Assembly: GCA_038231435.1 (NCBI GenBank)
Contig: JBBRLJ010000002.1
Location: 64,001-128,000, forward strand
DNA length: 64,000 nt
Reading direction: 5' to 3'
Origin: Planctomycetota bacterium
GTDB lineage: Bacteria; Planctomycetota; UBA11346
A program made the translations under genes and the position numbers. Each line of letters starts with the position of its first letter. Position 1 is the first letter of the stretch. Shown here piece after piece: positions 19,786-29,914 of the stretch. Under the pieces are notes generated by a model that was given only the letters and a program-made list of their open reading frames with translations, searched no databases and had not been told where the DNA came from.

Positions 19786-21126
19786 ATGTTCAACGGTACC
19801 CAGCTGCTGCAGCGCGTCGATCTCCTGGCCCGCGAGCGCGGCCTCGACAAGAACGTCATCCTCGACCACATCGAGAAGGCCCTCCTCCAGGCGGCGCAGA
19901 AGCGCTTCGACGCCACCGGCGATTTCACCCTGACCATCGACCGCGAGACCGGCGAGATGCGCGCGTTCGAGGACGACAAGCCCGTCGACCTCGAAGCCCT
20001 CGGCCGCATCGTCGCCAACATCGCCAAGCAGGTGTTCGTGCAGGCGCTCAAGGAATCCGAGCGCGACATGATCTACACGGAGTTCGCGACCCGTGAGCAC
20101 ACCGTGACGTCCGGCACCGTGATGCGCGAGGAGCGCGGCATGATCATCGTCTCGCTCGGCCGCACCGAGGCGATCCTGCCCCGCGAGGAGCAGATCCCCG
20201 GCGAGGTCTACCGCCCCGGTTCCGTCGTTCGCGCCTACGTGCTCTCGGTCGGCAAGAAGGGCCAGCGCGTGCGCATCGTGCTCTCGCGCACCCACAGCAA
20301 CTTCGTCAAGGAGCTGTTCAAGGCCGAGATCCCCGAGATCGCCGACGGCCTGATCGAGATCAAGGGCATCGTGCGCGAGCCCGGCCGCCGCACCAAGATC
20401 GCCGTCGCCACCACCGATCCGCGCATCGACCCGGTCGGTTCGTGCGTCGGCATGCGCGGCAGCCGCATCACCAAGGTCACCGACGAGCTCGGCGGCGAGA
20501 AGATCGACATCATCCCGTGGGCCGAGGATCCGGCGCAGTTCATCGAGAACTCGCTCAAGCCCGCGCGCGTGCTGCGCATCAGCTACGATCACTTCCGCGA
20601 TCGCGCGCGCGTGGTCGTCAGCCAGGACCAGCTCCCGCTCGCGATCGGCAAGGCCGGCCAGAACGTGCGCCTCTCGGCGCGCCTGACCCGCTACAAGATC
20701 GACGTCATGTCGGAAGAGAACGCCGCCAAGGCGCGCCAGGCGGGCAGCGAGCAGCTCCAGCAGCTGATCGACGCCGGCCTGATGAATGACTTCCTGCGCG
20801 AGACCTTCCTCGACAACCACCTCGATTCGCTGGCCGCACTCGCGGCGCAGACGCCGGAACGCATCGTCGAAGCCCTCGAGGAGCACAAGATCGAGCTCGA
20901 CCAAGCCAAGAAGCTGGTCGAACGCGCGAACGAGCTGCTCACCGACGAGCAGAAGGCCGAGCGCGACATGATCGTCGAGCGCCGTCAGCAGGTCGAGCGC
21001 GAGCAGGCCGAGGAGGCCGCGCGCGCGATCGCCGCCGCCGAGGCCGAGGCCGCCGCGGCCAACCAGACCGCAGGCATCCCCCTCACTCCCGACAGCCCGG
21101 TCAACGTCCAGGCCCCGAACGCCTGA
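19786..21126 (+). CDS. nusA: Transcription termination/antitermination factor NusA
   Basis: S1 plus KH domains: REPGRRTKIAV, IDPVGSCVGMRGSRI, AIGKAGQNVRL. Confidence 0.98.
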   Translation: MFNGTQLLQRVDLLARERGLDKNVILDHIEKALLQAAQKRFDATGDFTLTIDRETGEMRAFEDDKPVDLEALGRIVANIAKQVFVQALKESERDMIYTEFATREHTVTSGTVMREERGMIIVSLGRTEAILPREEQIPGEVYRPGSVVRAYVLSVGKKGQRVRIVLSRTHSNFVKELFKAEIPEIADGLIEIKGIVREPGRRTKIAVATTDPRIDPVGSCVGMRGSRITKVTDELGGEKIDIIPWAEDPAQFIENSLKPARVLRISYDHFRDRARVVVSQDQLPLAIGKAGQNVRLSARLTRYKIDVMSEENAAKARQAGSEQLQQLIDAGLMNDFLRETFLDNHLDSLAALAAQTPERIVEALEEHKIELDQAKKLVERANELLTDEQKAERDMIVERRQQVEREQAEEAARAIAAAEAEAAAANQTAGIPLTPDSPVNVQAPNA

Positions 21127-21206
21127 GCTTGATCGGCCATCCGCCCCGTGATCCTACCGCCCCTTCCATCACCGTCCGCACGTAAGAGCCCTAGAGACCG
21201 TCGCAT

Positions 21207-24161
21207 ATGAAGCTCAGTGAGCTGGCCCAGGAATATAATCTCGAAGCCGACCTCCTCCGCGAGGTCGTCGAGCAGGATTTGTCGATCCCGTTGAAGCAAG
21301 GTCCGGACACCGTGCTGAAGCCGGCCGAGATCGCGCGCATCCTCGCCTGCGACGGCCTCGAGACCGCCGACGGCAAGCCGTTCACGCCGATCATCGCCAA
21401 GGAATTCGAGGACAAGCACAAGCGTTCGCTCGCCGCCAAGAAGGCCGCCGAGACGCGCAAGAAGAAGCTCGAGAAGGAGTCCGAAGACAAGAAGAAGCAG
21501 GAATCGGTCAAGGTCGAGGTCGAGCGCGCCAAACACCAGACCGAGCTCGAGCGCCGCCGCATCGAGGAAGAGGCGCGCATGGCCTCGCAGGAGGAGGCCG
21601 AGAAGAAGCGCATCGAGGCCGAGGCCCGCGCCGTGCAGGACGCCGAGGAGGCGCGCATCACCGCCGAGCAGGAGCTCCAGCGCCGCGAAGCCGAATCCCG
21701 CCGCATCTCCGCCGAATTCTCAGCGATCAGGCAGGTCCAGGCCAACGCCAACTCGTCGACCACGACCACCGCCGCCCCAGCCGAGCCCCACGGCACCAGC
21801 ACTGGCGAACCGGTGGTCGATCGCGCGCCCGCGGCGACACCGACCGCGCCGACCGACAGCGGCACCACTGTCGCCCCGACCCAGCCCACCGCGCCGACCG
21901 CGCCCGCGCCCACGCCAGAGGTGGCGGCCAAGATCAAGGGGCTCGGCAGCAAGCTCGGCAGCATCGCCAAGGCCACGCACGACAAATCCGACCACAGCAC
22001 CAAGGCCATCCCCAAGGCGCCCGGCGCCGACGCCAAGACACCGGCCCCCGCCGGCCCCGAGGTCGCGCTGAGCGCCGAGGATCGCCGCAAGCTCATCCAA
22101 GCGAACATCGCCCGCAATCTGGACATGGCCAAGCGCGTGCAGATGGCGAAGCAGACCAACAAGAAAAAGCCCGGCTTCGCGCCCATCGATCGCACCAAGA
22201 CGCCAGGACCCGCGCGTCCGGGCGGCCCCAATCGTTCAGGTCCCGGCGGCAAGCCGGGCGGGCCGCCGCGTCCAGGACGCGGGCCCAAGCGCGACAGCAA
22301 GGACCACCGCACCGAGCAGGAGATCGCCGACGAAGCCGCCGGCAAGGCAGGCCGACGCTGGAAGTCCACGCTCGACGAGGACATCTCGGGCGTCACCGAG
22401 TTCAGCGTCGCGCTGCCCTGCACGCTGCGCGAATTCTCCGAGGCATCGGGCGTCAAGGCCTCGATCGTCATCGCCAAGCTCTTCATGGCCGGCGTCATGG
22501 CCAACATCAACTCGGTCCTCGAGAAGGATGCCATCGAGCTGCTCGCCCAGGAATTCAAGAAGACGGTGCACATCACCGAGGCCAAGGACGTCGTCGCCGA
22601 GGTCGAGGAACAAGCCGCCGCGATCGAGGATAAGCCCGAGGATCTCGCGCCGCGTCCGCCGATCGTCACCATCATGGGCCACGTCGACCACGGCAAGACC
22701 TCGCTGCTCGACGCGATCCGCAAGACCAACCTCACCGAGGGCGAGGCCGGCGGCATCACCCAGCACATCGGCGCCTACACGGTCACCACCGCGTCGGGCT
22801 TGGATGTCACCTTCATCGACACGCCCGGCCATGAGGCCTTCACCGAGATGCGCGCCCGCGGCGCCCAGGTCACCGACATCGTCGTGATCGTGGTCGCCGC
22901 CGACGACGGCGTGATGCCGCAGACGGTCGAAGCGATCAACCACGCGAAGGCCGCTGGCGTCGCGATCGTGGTCGCGATGAACAAGATCGACAAGCCAGGC
23001 ATCGATAAGGAGAAGGTCATCCGTCAGCTCGCCGAGAACGGCCTGCAGGGCGAGGAATGGGGCGGCGAGGTCGGCATCATCGGCACCAGCGCCACCACCG
23101 GCCAGGGCATCGACGAACTGCTCGAGCGTCTGTCGCTCGAGGCCGACGTGCTCGAGCTCAAGGCCAACCACTTCGCCAGCGCCTCGGGTGTGGTCATCGA
23201 AGCGCACCGCAACGAGGGCCAGGGCGTCACCGCCACGCTGCTCGTGTCGCGCGGCAGCCTCGCCATCGGCGACGTCGTGCTCGCCGGAGTCGGCTACGGC
23301 AAGGTCCGCAACATGAGCAATTGGAAGAACGAGCGCATCGAGCTCGCCGGTCCGAGCCATGCCGTCGAGATCATCGGCCTGAATGAGATGCCCCGCGCCG
23401 GCGACCGTTTCGCAGTGCTCGAGGATCTGGTCGAGGCGGCGGATGCCGCCCAGGCCCGCCAGCAGGCGCAGCGCGAGAAGGAGCTGGCCGCGCGCCAGAA
23501 GACCACCACCGCGGCCTCGATCTTCGGCGACATCGCGCATTCGAAGAAGAAGGAAGTGCGCCTAGTCGTGAAGGCGGATGCCGCCGGCTCGATCGAAGTA
23601 CTGAACAAGACCATCGCCGACCTCGCCACCGAAGACGTGCGGGTGACCATCATCCACTCGGGCGTGGGCGGCATCAATTCGTCGGACGTTACCCTCGCCT
23701 CGGCCTCGAAAGCACTGATCTTCGGCTTCCACGTCATCGCCGACAGCAAGGCGAGGTCGTTGGCCGAGCAGAACGGCCTCGAGATCTTCACCTTCACCAT
23801 CATCTACGAGTTGCTCGACCACCTGCGCATGGCCATGACCGGCCTGCTCGATCCCGAGGTGCGCGAGACCGTCATCGGCCACGCCGATGTCCGCAACACC
23901 TTCAACATCACCAAGGTGGGCGTGGTCGCCGGCCTGTTCATCACCGACGGCCGCGTCCTGCGCGACGCCTTCATGCGCATCACCCGCGACCAGAAGATTC
24001 TGCACACCGGCAAGGTCGGCTCGCTGCGCCGCTTCAAGGAAGACGTCAAGGAAGTGAAGCAGGACTTCGAATGCGGCCTGACGATCGAAGCCTTCCAGGA
24101 CGTGAAGGTCGGCGACGTGATGGAATTCTTCACCCGCGAGAAGGTCGCCCGGAAGCTGTAA
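21207..24161 (+). CDS. infB: Translation initiation factor IF-2
   Basis: [41 protein letters not shown]. Confidence 0.99.
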   Translation: MKLSELAQEYNLEADLLREVVEQDLSIPLKQGPDTVLKPAEIARILACDGLETADGKPFTPIIAKEFEDKHKRSLAAKKAAETRKKKLEKESEDKKKQESVKVEVERAKHQTELERRRIEEEARMASQEEAEKKRIEAEARAVQDAEEARITAEQELQRREAESRRISAEFSAIRQVQANANSSTTTTAAPAEPHGTSTGEPVVDRAPAATPTAPTDSGTTVAPTQPTAPTAPAPTPEVAAKIKGLGSKLGSIAKATHDKSDHSTKAIPKAPGADAKTPAPAGPEVALSAEDRRKLIQANIARNLDMAKRVQMAKQTNKKKPGFAPIDRTKTPGPARPGGPNRSGPGGKPGGPPRPGRGPKRDSKDHRTEQEIADEAAGKAGRRWKSTLDEDISGVTEFSVALPCTLREFSEASGVKASIVIAKLFMAGVMANINSVLEKDAIELLAQEFKKTVHITEAKDVVAEVEEQAAAIEDKPEDLAPRPPIVTIMGHVDHGKTSLLDAIRKTNLTEGEAGGITQHIGAYTVTTASGLDVTFIDTPGHEAFTEMRARGAQVTDIVVIVVAADDGVMPQTVEAINHAKAAGVAIVVAMNKIDKPGIDKEKVIRQLAENGLQGEEWGGEVGIIGTSATTGQGIDELLERLSLEADVLELKANHFASASGVVIEAHRNEGQGVTATLLVSRGSLAIGDVVLAGVGYGKVRNMSNWKNERIELAGPSHAVEIIGLNEMPRAGDRFAVLEDLVEAADAAQARQQAQREKELAARQKTTTAASIFGDIAHSKKKEVRLVVKADAAGSIEVLNKTIADLATEDVRVTIIHSGVGGINSSDVTLASASKALIFGFHVIADSKARSLAEQNGLEIFTFTIIYELLDHLRMAMTGLLDPEVRETVIGHADVRNTFNITKVGVVAGLFITDGRVLRDAFMRITRDQKILHTGKVGSLRRFKEDVKEVKQDFECGLTIEAFQDVKVGDVMEFFTREKVARKL

Positions 24162-24256
24162 CAATCGTGCGGTGTGCGGTGTGCGGGAAAGACTCGAAGC
24201 CCACGCTGCACCCCCGCAAGCCGCTCCCCCACTTCCTCTGTGCGCGAGACGCCTCC

Positions 24257-24691
24257 ATGCCCGATAAAAAAGGCGCCAGCCGCCAGGCTCGCCTCGCTTC
24301 ACTGCTCCACCGCGAGATCGCGACCTGCGTGCAGCAGGAGCTGCGCGATCCGCGGCTAGGCTTCATCACCGTGATCCGCGTCGAGGTGAGCGCCGACCTG
24401 CACCAGGTGAAGGCGTTCTACACCGTGCTCGGGGACCTCGCGCAGCGCAAGCTGGCCGCCAAGGCGCTCGAGCAGGCGCGCGGCTTCGTGCAGAATAGCT
24501 ATGCCGGGGTGGTGAAGACCCGCTTGCTGCCGACGCTATCGTTCGCGTACGACGACGCCGAGGAGCGCCGCCACAGCATGGACGACCTGATCCGCCAGGC
24601 GCGATCCACCGATACCGATGGCGGCAGCACTCCGACACCGCCCTCGCCGGACGCCACCAAGGCCACCGGGCCGGATCCGATCGCGCCCTAA
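24257..24691 (+). CDS. rbfA: Ribosome-binding factor A
   Basis: ELRDPRLGFITVIRVEVSADL, PTLSFAYD; follows infB. Confidence 0.95.
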   Translation: MPDKKGASRQARLASLLHREIATCVQQELRDPRLGFITVIRVEVSADLHQVKAFYTVLGDLAQRKLAAKALEQARGFVQNSYAGVVKTRLLPTLSFAYDDAEERRHSMDDLIRQARSTDTDGGSTPTPPSPDATKATGPDPIAP

Positions 24692-24820
24692 GCTACGTCA
24701 GCTACGTCGCCTCGGCGATTTTATCCGATCCCAGCTGATCGGCGACCGAGAGTCGAGACCGCACGGCGCGACGCTTTTCCTGGCTTCGGCTGGGTTACGC
24801 TGCAGGCCATGGAGGTTCCC

Positions 24821-25237
24821 ATGCGTTGGATCCGCCCGCTCTCGTTCGCATCCGCCGTACTCGCGACCGCCGTCACGGCCGGCTGCGGCGTCAAGGACGA
24901 CATCGATCTCACCTTCAATCGCGGGCTGCGCTCGGAGCCAGAGCCGCCTACGAATCTGGTGCCGCTGACCCTGAGCTTCGATGTGGTCAACGATTCGACG
25001 GTAGCCGTCGACAACGTCGAATGGGTGATCAACCGCGACGGCGCGCTGTTCCGCAGCGGATCCTTCGCGCACATCCGCAGGGCGGATTACGACTTCGACT
25101 CGGTCTCATTCACCGAGACAGCTGGCGACCACGTTTATGAACTGGTCATCGATCCCGCGAACAGGATCCGCGAGCGCGACGAGGACGACAACGCCTCGGT
25201 GATCAAGGTGACGGTACCGCCCGGCGGAACGGGGTAA
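24821..25237 (+). CDS. CARDB-domain lipoprotein
   Basis: GGAGG RBS; lipobox TAGC; IDPANRIRERDEDDN is a CARDB signature. Confidence 0.75.
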   Translation: MRWIRPLSFASAVLATAVTAGCGVKDDIDLTFNRGLRSEPEPPTNLVPLTLSFDVVNDSTVAVDNVEWVINRDGALFRSGSFAHIRRADYDFDSVSFTETAGDHVYELVIDPANRIRERDEDDNASVIKVTVPPGGTG

Positions 25238-25392
25238 TGAAGAGCGTCCGACATCCGTGGTCCGTCGCCGACTGCGGACAGCTACCGCATAGGCGCGGTG
25301 GAGTAGACCCGTCGGTTGTCGACGACGGACGACGGACCATACGACTCGCGCGCATTTCTGGCCTTCCCCCGTCTGCCCGGTAGCGTGCCGCC

Positions 25393-26379
25393 ATGTCGAT
25401 GACCGCCGTGATCGGAACCGGCAGCTGGGGCACTGCCGCCGCGGTGATGACGGCGCGCGGCGGTGGCTCGGTGGTTCTGTACGGCCGCGATCCGGCCAAG
25501 GTCGCCGCCATTGCCACATCGCGCCGGCACGAGCACCTGGGCGACACCGAGCTACCGGCCGGGATCCTGGTGACCTCTGATGCCGCCAGGCTGTCCGACG
25601 CCGATCTCGTGCTGTGGGCGGTGCCGACCCAATACACCCGGGCACTGGCGCGGACCCTCGCGCCCAGCCTGCGCGGCGACGCCAAGGTGGTGTCGCTGAG
25701 CAAGGGTGTCGAGCAAGGCACCCTGGCGCGCGTCACCGAGGTGTTGGCCGCCGAGCTCGGGCAGCGGGCCTATGGCTGCCTGTCCGGGCCCAGCCACGCG
25801 CTGGAAGCCGTGTCCGGACTGCCGCTGTGCCTGGTGGTCGCTGGACCGTCCGCGCTCTGCGCAGAGACCCAGCGCCGTCTGCATGCCCCGCGCTGCCGAC
25901 TCTACACCTCCGCCGATCTGCTCGGCGTCGAGCTTGGCGGAGCCCTGAAGAATGTGGTCGCCGTCGCCGCCGGCATCTGCGAGGGCCTCGGATTCGGCGA
26001 CAACACCAAGGCGGCGATGATCACGCGCGGTCTCGCCGAGATGCGCCGCCTCGGCCGGGCGATGGGCGCGAACGACGTGACCTTCGCCGGCATGGCCGGC
26101 GTCGGCGATCTCATGACGACGTGCTACAGCCGGCATGGGCGCAACCGCGCGCTCGGCTTGGCGATCGCGCGTGGCGAAAATCCCCTGGAAATATTGAAAC
26201 GATTGCACACTGTAGCCGAAGGCGCCTGGACCAGCCGTTCCGCGGTCGAGCTCGGGCGCCGACACCATGTGGAGCTGCCCATCGCTTCACAGGTGGCATC
26301 CGTGATCTGGGATGCTAAACCTGTGCCCTTCGCGATGGAGCAGCTCCTCGCACGCGCACCCAAGGAAGAAGACGCATGA
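25393..26379 (+). CDS. gpsA: NAD(P)H-dependent glycerol-3-phosphate dehydrogenase
   Basis: GTGSWGTA, SKGVE, LSGPSHA, GVELGGALKN, GDLMTTC.S..GRNR. Confidence 0.96.
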   Translation: MSMTAVIGTGSWGTAAAVMTARGGGSVVLYGRDPAKVAAIATSRRHEHLGDTELPAGILVTSDAARLSDADLVLWAVPTQYTRALARTLAPSLRGDAKVVSLSKGVEQGTLARVTEVLAAELGQRAYGCLSGPSHALEAVSGLPLCLVVAGPSALCAETQRRLHAPRCRLYTSADLLGVELGGALKNVVAVAAGICEGLGFGDNTKAAMITRGLAEMRRLGRAMGANDVTFAGMAGVGDLMTTCYSRHGRNRALGLAIARGENPLEILKRLHTVAEGAWTSRSAVELGRRHHVELPIASQVASVIWDAKPVPFAMEQLLARAPKEEDA

Positions 26380-27284
26380 ACATTCAGGCCACCGGTTTCC
26401 GACTGACCTACCTCGCTTCGCTCGCGCTCGTCGCGGGTGTCGCCAGCCATGCCGGCGCCGCGGTCTCCAGCATCGACCCCGAGCAGCAGCGCGTTCCCGA
26501 CGACCTCGTGCTCAAGGCGGAATTCCTGAGCAAGCTGGTCGACCAGGGCCGCATCCGCAACGACGACGCCACCGCGCACGTCGGCGGCGTCGCTCGCATC
26601 GGCTGGGAGGTCCCCGGATCGAAGCAGGGCATCGGCGTCCAGGTCGACGGTTACTTCGCGGTCGGCGAGGACCAGGCCACCACTCCCAAGACCAGCCCCG
26701 GCGAGATGGTCGAATTCAACGGCAAGCTCTCGTACGTGTACGAGGCCCTGGACGCGGGCGACATCCCGATGTTCCAGATCATCCCCCACTTCGAGTTCAT
26801 CACGTATCCCAACGTCGCCGAGCGTCAGAACTATCTCAAGTACCGGCAGAACTATGTCGGCGCCGACGCGTGGTACTGCCTGCCTTGGGAAGGCATCGAG
26901 ATCGGCGGCGGCGCCGATTGGAACATGAGCAGCCAAGCGCACATGTTCCGCGCTGCCGCTGGCGCGCGCGAGTTCTACCAAGATGCGCCGTTCGACCTCT
27001 CGGCCTGGCAGCTGCTCAATTTCGGCAACAAGGAGTACAAGCGCTACTTCGCAGGCTCCGGCGCGCCCCCGCCCGCGCCCGCGGGCGTCGATCGCGGTGG
27101 CTTCACCACCATCGACGTCGGCGCCAAGGTGACCCTGCCCCTGCCGTGGAATGAACTGTGGACCTTCGTCCAGGCGGACGCCGTCTACTGGGTCGACGCC
27201 AAGGATCGTCGCAATCTCAACAATGCCGGCGTGGACGTCGGCGACTTCGTGATCTCGATCGGCGCTGAATGGCGGCCGGAATAG
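26376..27284 (+). CDS. Putative outer-membrane beta-barrel protein
   Basis: ATGA overlap with gpsA; signal peptide; aromatic-rich amphipathic strands; ends ISIGAEWRPE. Confidence 0.7.
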   Translation: MNIQATGFRLTYLASLALVAGVASHAGAAVSSIDPEQQRVPDDLVLKAEFLSKLVDQGRIRNDDATAHVGGVARIGWEVPGSKQGIGVQVDGYFAVGEDQATTPKTSPGEMVEFNGKLSYVYEALDAGDIPMFQIIPHFEFITYPNVAERQNYLKYRQNYVGADAWYCLPWEGIEIGGGADWNMSSQAHMFRAAAGAREFYQDAPFDLSAWQLLNFGNKEYKRYFAGSGAPPPAPAGVDRGGFTTIDVGAKVTLPLPWNELWTFVQADAVYWVDAKDRRNLNNAGVDVGDFVISIGAEWRPE

Positions 27285-27336
27285 GCCTGCCGAGATAGGC
27301 CGGCCTAAGCCGTCCAAGCGACGCAATCTCGCATCT

Positions 27337-27366
27337 CGCGACCGCCGGCCTACGCCGGCGGTCGCG
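27337..27366 (+). terminator. Hairpin, probable terminator (13-bp perfect stem)
   Basis: CGCGACCGCCGGC-CTAC-GCCGGCGGTCGCG followed by GTGTTT. Confidence 0.55.
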
Positions 27367-27461
27367 GTGTTTCCGGGGCTAGGTAGACGGCACGACGTAC
27401 GCGCCCGATCGTTCGCCGAGCCATGTATGGCGCCCTGCCCTTGCCACGGTACATACCCTCC

Positions 27462-28154
27462 ATGACCAGCCCTGGCCTGGCATTATCGCCCGGGGCGGGC
27501 TCCTCACCCCCGGGGGGAGGCGGCCCCCTGCCCGATGGAAGAAGCAGTGGAAGCGGCGGGAACCCCGGGCGCTCTGGCCCGTCTAATCCCCAGAACCCAC
27601 CGAATGACGACCGCGTGCTGGCCTTCCGCGCGCGCGATGGGGACCACGCCGCCTTCGCCACTCTGGTGGACCTCTACTCCGACCGACTGCACGCCATGCT
27701 CCTGCACCTCGTCAACGGCGACCGCGAACTCGCGGCGGAATTCACCCAGGAGGCGTTCGTGCGCGCCTTCGACCGCCTGTCGCAGTTCGAAGGCGGAAGC
27801 AGCTTCTACACCTGGCTGTACCGCCTGGCCCGCAACCGCGCACTGGATCTGCTCGCACGCAAGCGTCCGACAGCCGTGTCCGCCGAGCACCTCGAGCACG
27901 TCTCTTCGGCGCCCTCGCCCGTCGATGCGGTGGCGGGAGAGGAGCTGCGCGCACAGGTCCAGGCGGCGCTCGCGCGCCTGCCCATCGGAACCCGAGAGCT
28001 GCTGGTGATGCGTGAATTCGACGGCATGGATTACGAGTCCATGGCGGCGGCGCTCGACGTGCCGCTGGGCACGGTGAAGAGCCGACTGAACCGCGCGCGC
28101 GCCGACCTGCGCGCGCTGCTCGAAGGCCACGTGCGTGCGGAGGACCTGTCATGA
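27462..28154 (+). CDS. ECF sigma factor (RpoE/SigW-like)
   Basis: GDHAAFATLV, QEAFVRA, SFYTWLYRLARN, LGTVKSRLNRAR. Confidence 0.93.
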   Translation: MTSPGLALSPGAGSSPPGGGGPLPDGRSSGSGGNPGRSGPSNPQNPPNDDRVLAFRARDGDHAAFATLVDLYSDRLHAMLLHLVNGDRELAAEFTQEAFVRAFDRLSQFEGGSSFYTWLYRLARNRALDLLARKRPTAVSAEHLEHVSSAPSPVDAVAGEELRAQVQAALARLPIGTRELLVMREFDGMDYESMAAALDVPLGTVKSRLNRARADLRALLEGHVRAEDLS

Positions 28155-29866
28155 GCGCCTCCCACGGACCGACGCCGAACACGATCCCCGAGCTCGTCGA
28201 CGCGCGCCTCGACGGCGAGATCGCCGATGCCGACTGGCAGCGGCTGATCGCCGAGCGCGGGCCCGCGCTCGCGTCCGCGCTCGCGCGCGAACACTCTGTG
28301 CGTGCCAGCGTGCGCGCATTGCCGCGCACGCGCGCACCCGACGCAGTGCGTGCGGCCATCATGGCGCACGCCGCGCAGGCGCTCCCGTCCACTGTCTCCT
28401 CCACAACCCCCTCGACCGCAGCCCCCGACATTGACGGTGCCACGCAGCCCACGCATGAAGCCAAGCCGACTGCGCGCGTCATCCGTGGTGGCTGGTGGTG
28501 GACCATGTCGGCGCTCGCGGCCGCCTGCCTGGTGGTGACGATCAGCATGCACCACGAGCCCGCGGGCCGCGATCCGGGACTGGTCGCTTTCGGCAAGGAG
28601 CCCTCGCTCACGCAGCCGGCGACCGCCGAGTCCGACGGAAAGCCGAGGCGCAACCGCGAACTCGCGGAGCGTAAACTTTCGTCGGCAGCCGCTGATTCTC
28701 CTGCCTCCCCTGATGAAGAGAACCCGGTCGCGATCCTCGAGCAAGGCGCGCGCCGCGATCCTGGGCAGCCCGCCAGCAGCTTCGGCGACCGCGCGAAGCG
28801 CGCCGATGGTGCCGTCGAAAACCTCAAGGACACCGCCGGTGCGAAAGCCGACGCGGTCGCGGGAGCCTCGAACAAGCACGATGAACTGCAGCTGTCCACC
28901 AAGCGGCCGTGGGAGGATGCGGATGCCAAGGAAGAGCTCGCCCTCGCCGAGCACGGCGCTGCCGCCGCGAGCGAGGAGAAGCTCGCGTCCGATCGCCTCG
29001 ACGGAGCATCGGCCGACAAAACCCAGCGCGCAGCCGACGCGTTCTCGGCCGGAGTGGACATTGCGGACACGGCCGTCGATGACGCCAAGAAATCCAAGGA
29101 TTCCAAGGATTCGGTCGTAGCGTACCAGCGCGCGCCAACGGAGAGCGCGGCTGACGATGCGGCCCACGACAAGAAGGTAGTTCGCAGCGGCGGTGCCAGG
29201 CAGACGACTGCGGCACCAGCCGCGACTACCGGCAAGGCGGCCCAAGCATCTGCGCCTGGCGCGGCGCCCGCGGCCGCGGCCGACGAGGCGGAGGTCGCCG
29301 CCAACGAGCTGCGCGCGAAGGTGGATGCCGTCAAGGTCGGCGCCGATGGTGAAGCCAGCGCGAACGGCGCGGTTTCGACCGATGATCAGCGTAAGCTCGG
29401 GAAGGTCGCCACGGCGCCAGCGGCACCGCCCGCGGGAGTCGCGACATCCGCGCCAGCCAAACCCGCTTCGCCACCACCGACGGCCGTATCCGCGGTGACG
29501 ACCGCCCGCGATATCGGGATCATCCTGTCCCTCGGCGAGGGCAAGGCGACCATGACCGTGGAGAACCGTGGTGGCCAGGCTCTGGTGGTGCGCCGCTCGA
29601 CCCTGGTGCTCGTGGGCCTCGACCGATCGCAGCGCAGCTGCTGGATCCACGCCACCGGCCTGCCGGCCGCCGACGAGACCGTTGCAGCGCATCAGAAGCG
29701 CTCATGGGCGTTCACGCTCCAAGGCGCGGACTCACCCACGCCGGACTCCGTCCAGCTGCGCGCGCGCTTGCAGGCGCAGGAGTCGCCAGCGCTGGATTGG
29801 CCGCCAGCGACGGCCCCCGCCGCCGCGAGCGCGGCTGATGCGCCCGCGGCCAAACCAGCCCCCTGA
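28151..29866 (+). CDS. Putative membrane anti-sigma factor with a long low-complexity periplasmic region
   Basis: ATGA coupling to the ECF gene; ELVDARLDGEI N-terminal ASD-like motif; one TM; Ala/Asp/Lys-rich linker; small beta domain at the C-terminus. Confidence 0.75.
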   Translation: MSASHGPTPNTIPELVDARLDGEIADADWQRLIAERGPALASALAREHSVRASVRALPRTRAPDAVRAAIMAHAAQALPSTVSSTTPSTAAPDIDGATQPTHEAKPTARVIRGGWWWTMSALAAACLVVTISMHHEPAGRDPGLVAFGKEPSLTQPATAESDGKPRRNRELAERKLSSAAADSPASPDEENPVAILEQGARRDPGQPASSFGDRAKRADGAVENLKDTAGAKADAVAGASNKHDELQLSTKRPWEDADAKEELALAEHGAAAASEEKLASDRLDGASADKTQRAADAFSAGVDIADTAVDDAKKSKDSKDSVVAYQRAPTESAADDAAHDKKVVRSGGARQTTAAPAATTGKAAQASAPGAAPAAAADEAEVAANELRAKVDAVKVGADGEASANGAVSTDDQRKLGKVATAPAAPPAGVATSAPAKPASPPPTAVSAVTTARDIGIILSLGEGKATMTVENRGGQALVVRRSTLVLVGLDRSQRSCWIHATGLPAADETVAAHQKRSWAFTLQGADSPTPDSVQLRARLQAQESPALDWPPATAPAAASAADAPAAKPAP

Positions 29867-29914
29867 TCGGCCGCTCGGGCTTGCGGTACCCCTCGCGCCG
29901 GCCAACCTGCCCGC

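Noticed and set aside
24167..24256. In-frame CAVC...HFLC zinc-ribbon-like extension upstream of rbfA
   Set aside because: It arises from a GTGCGGT tandem repeat that forms a G-U-containing intergenic hairpin, and the fourth Cys is missing; probably coincidental.
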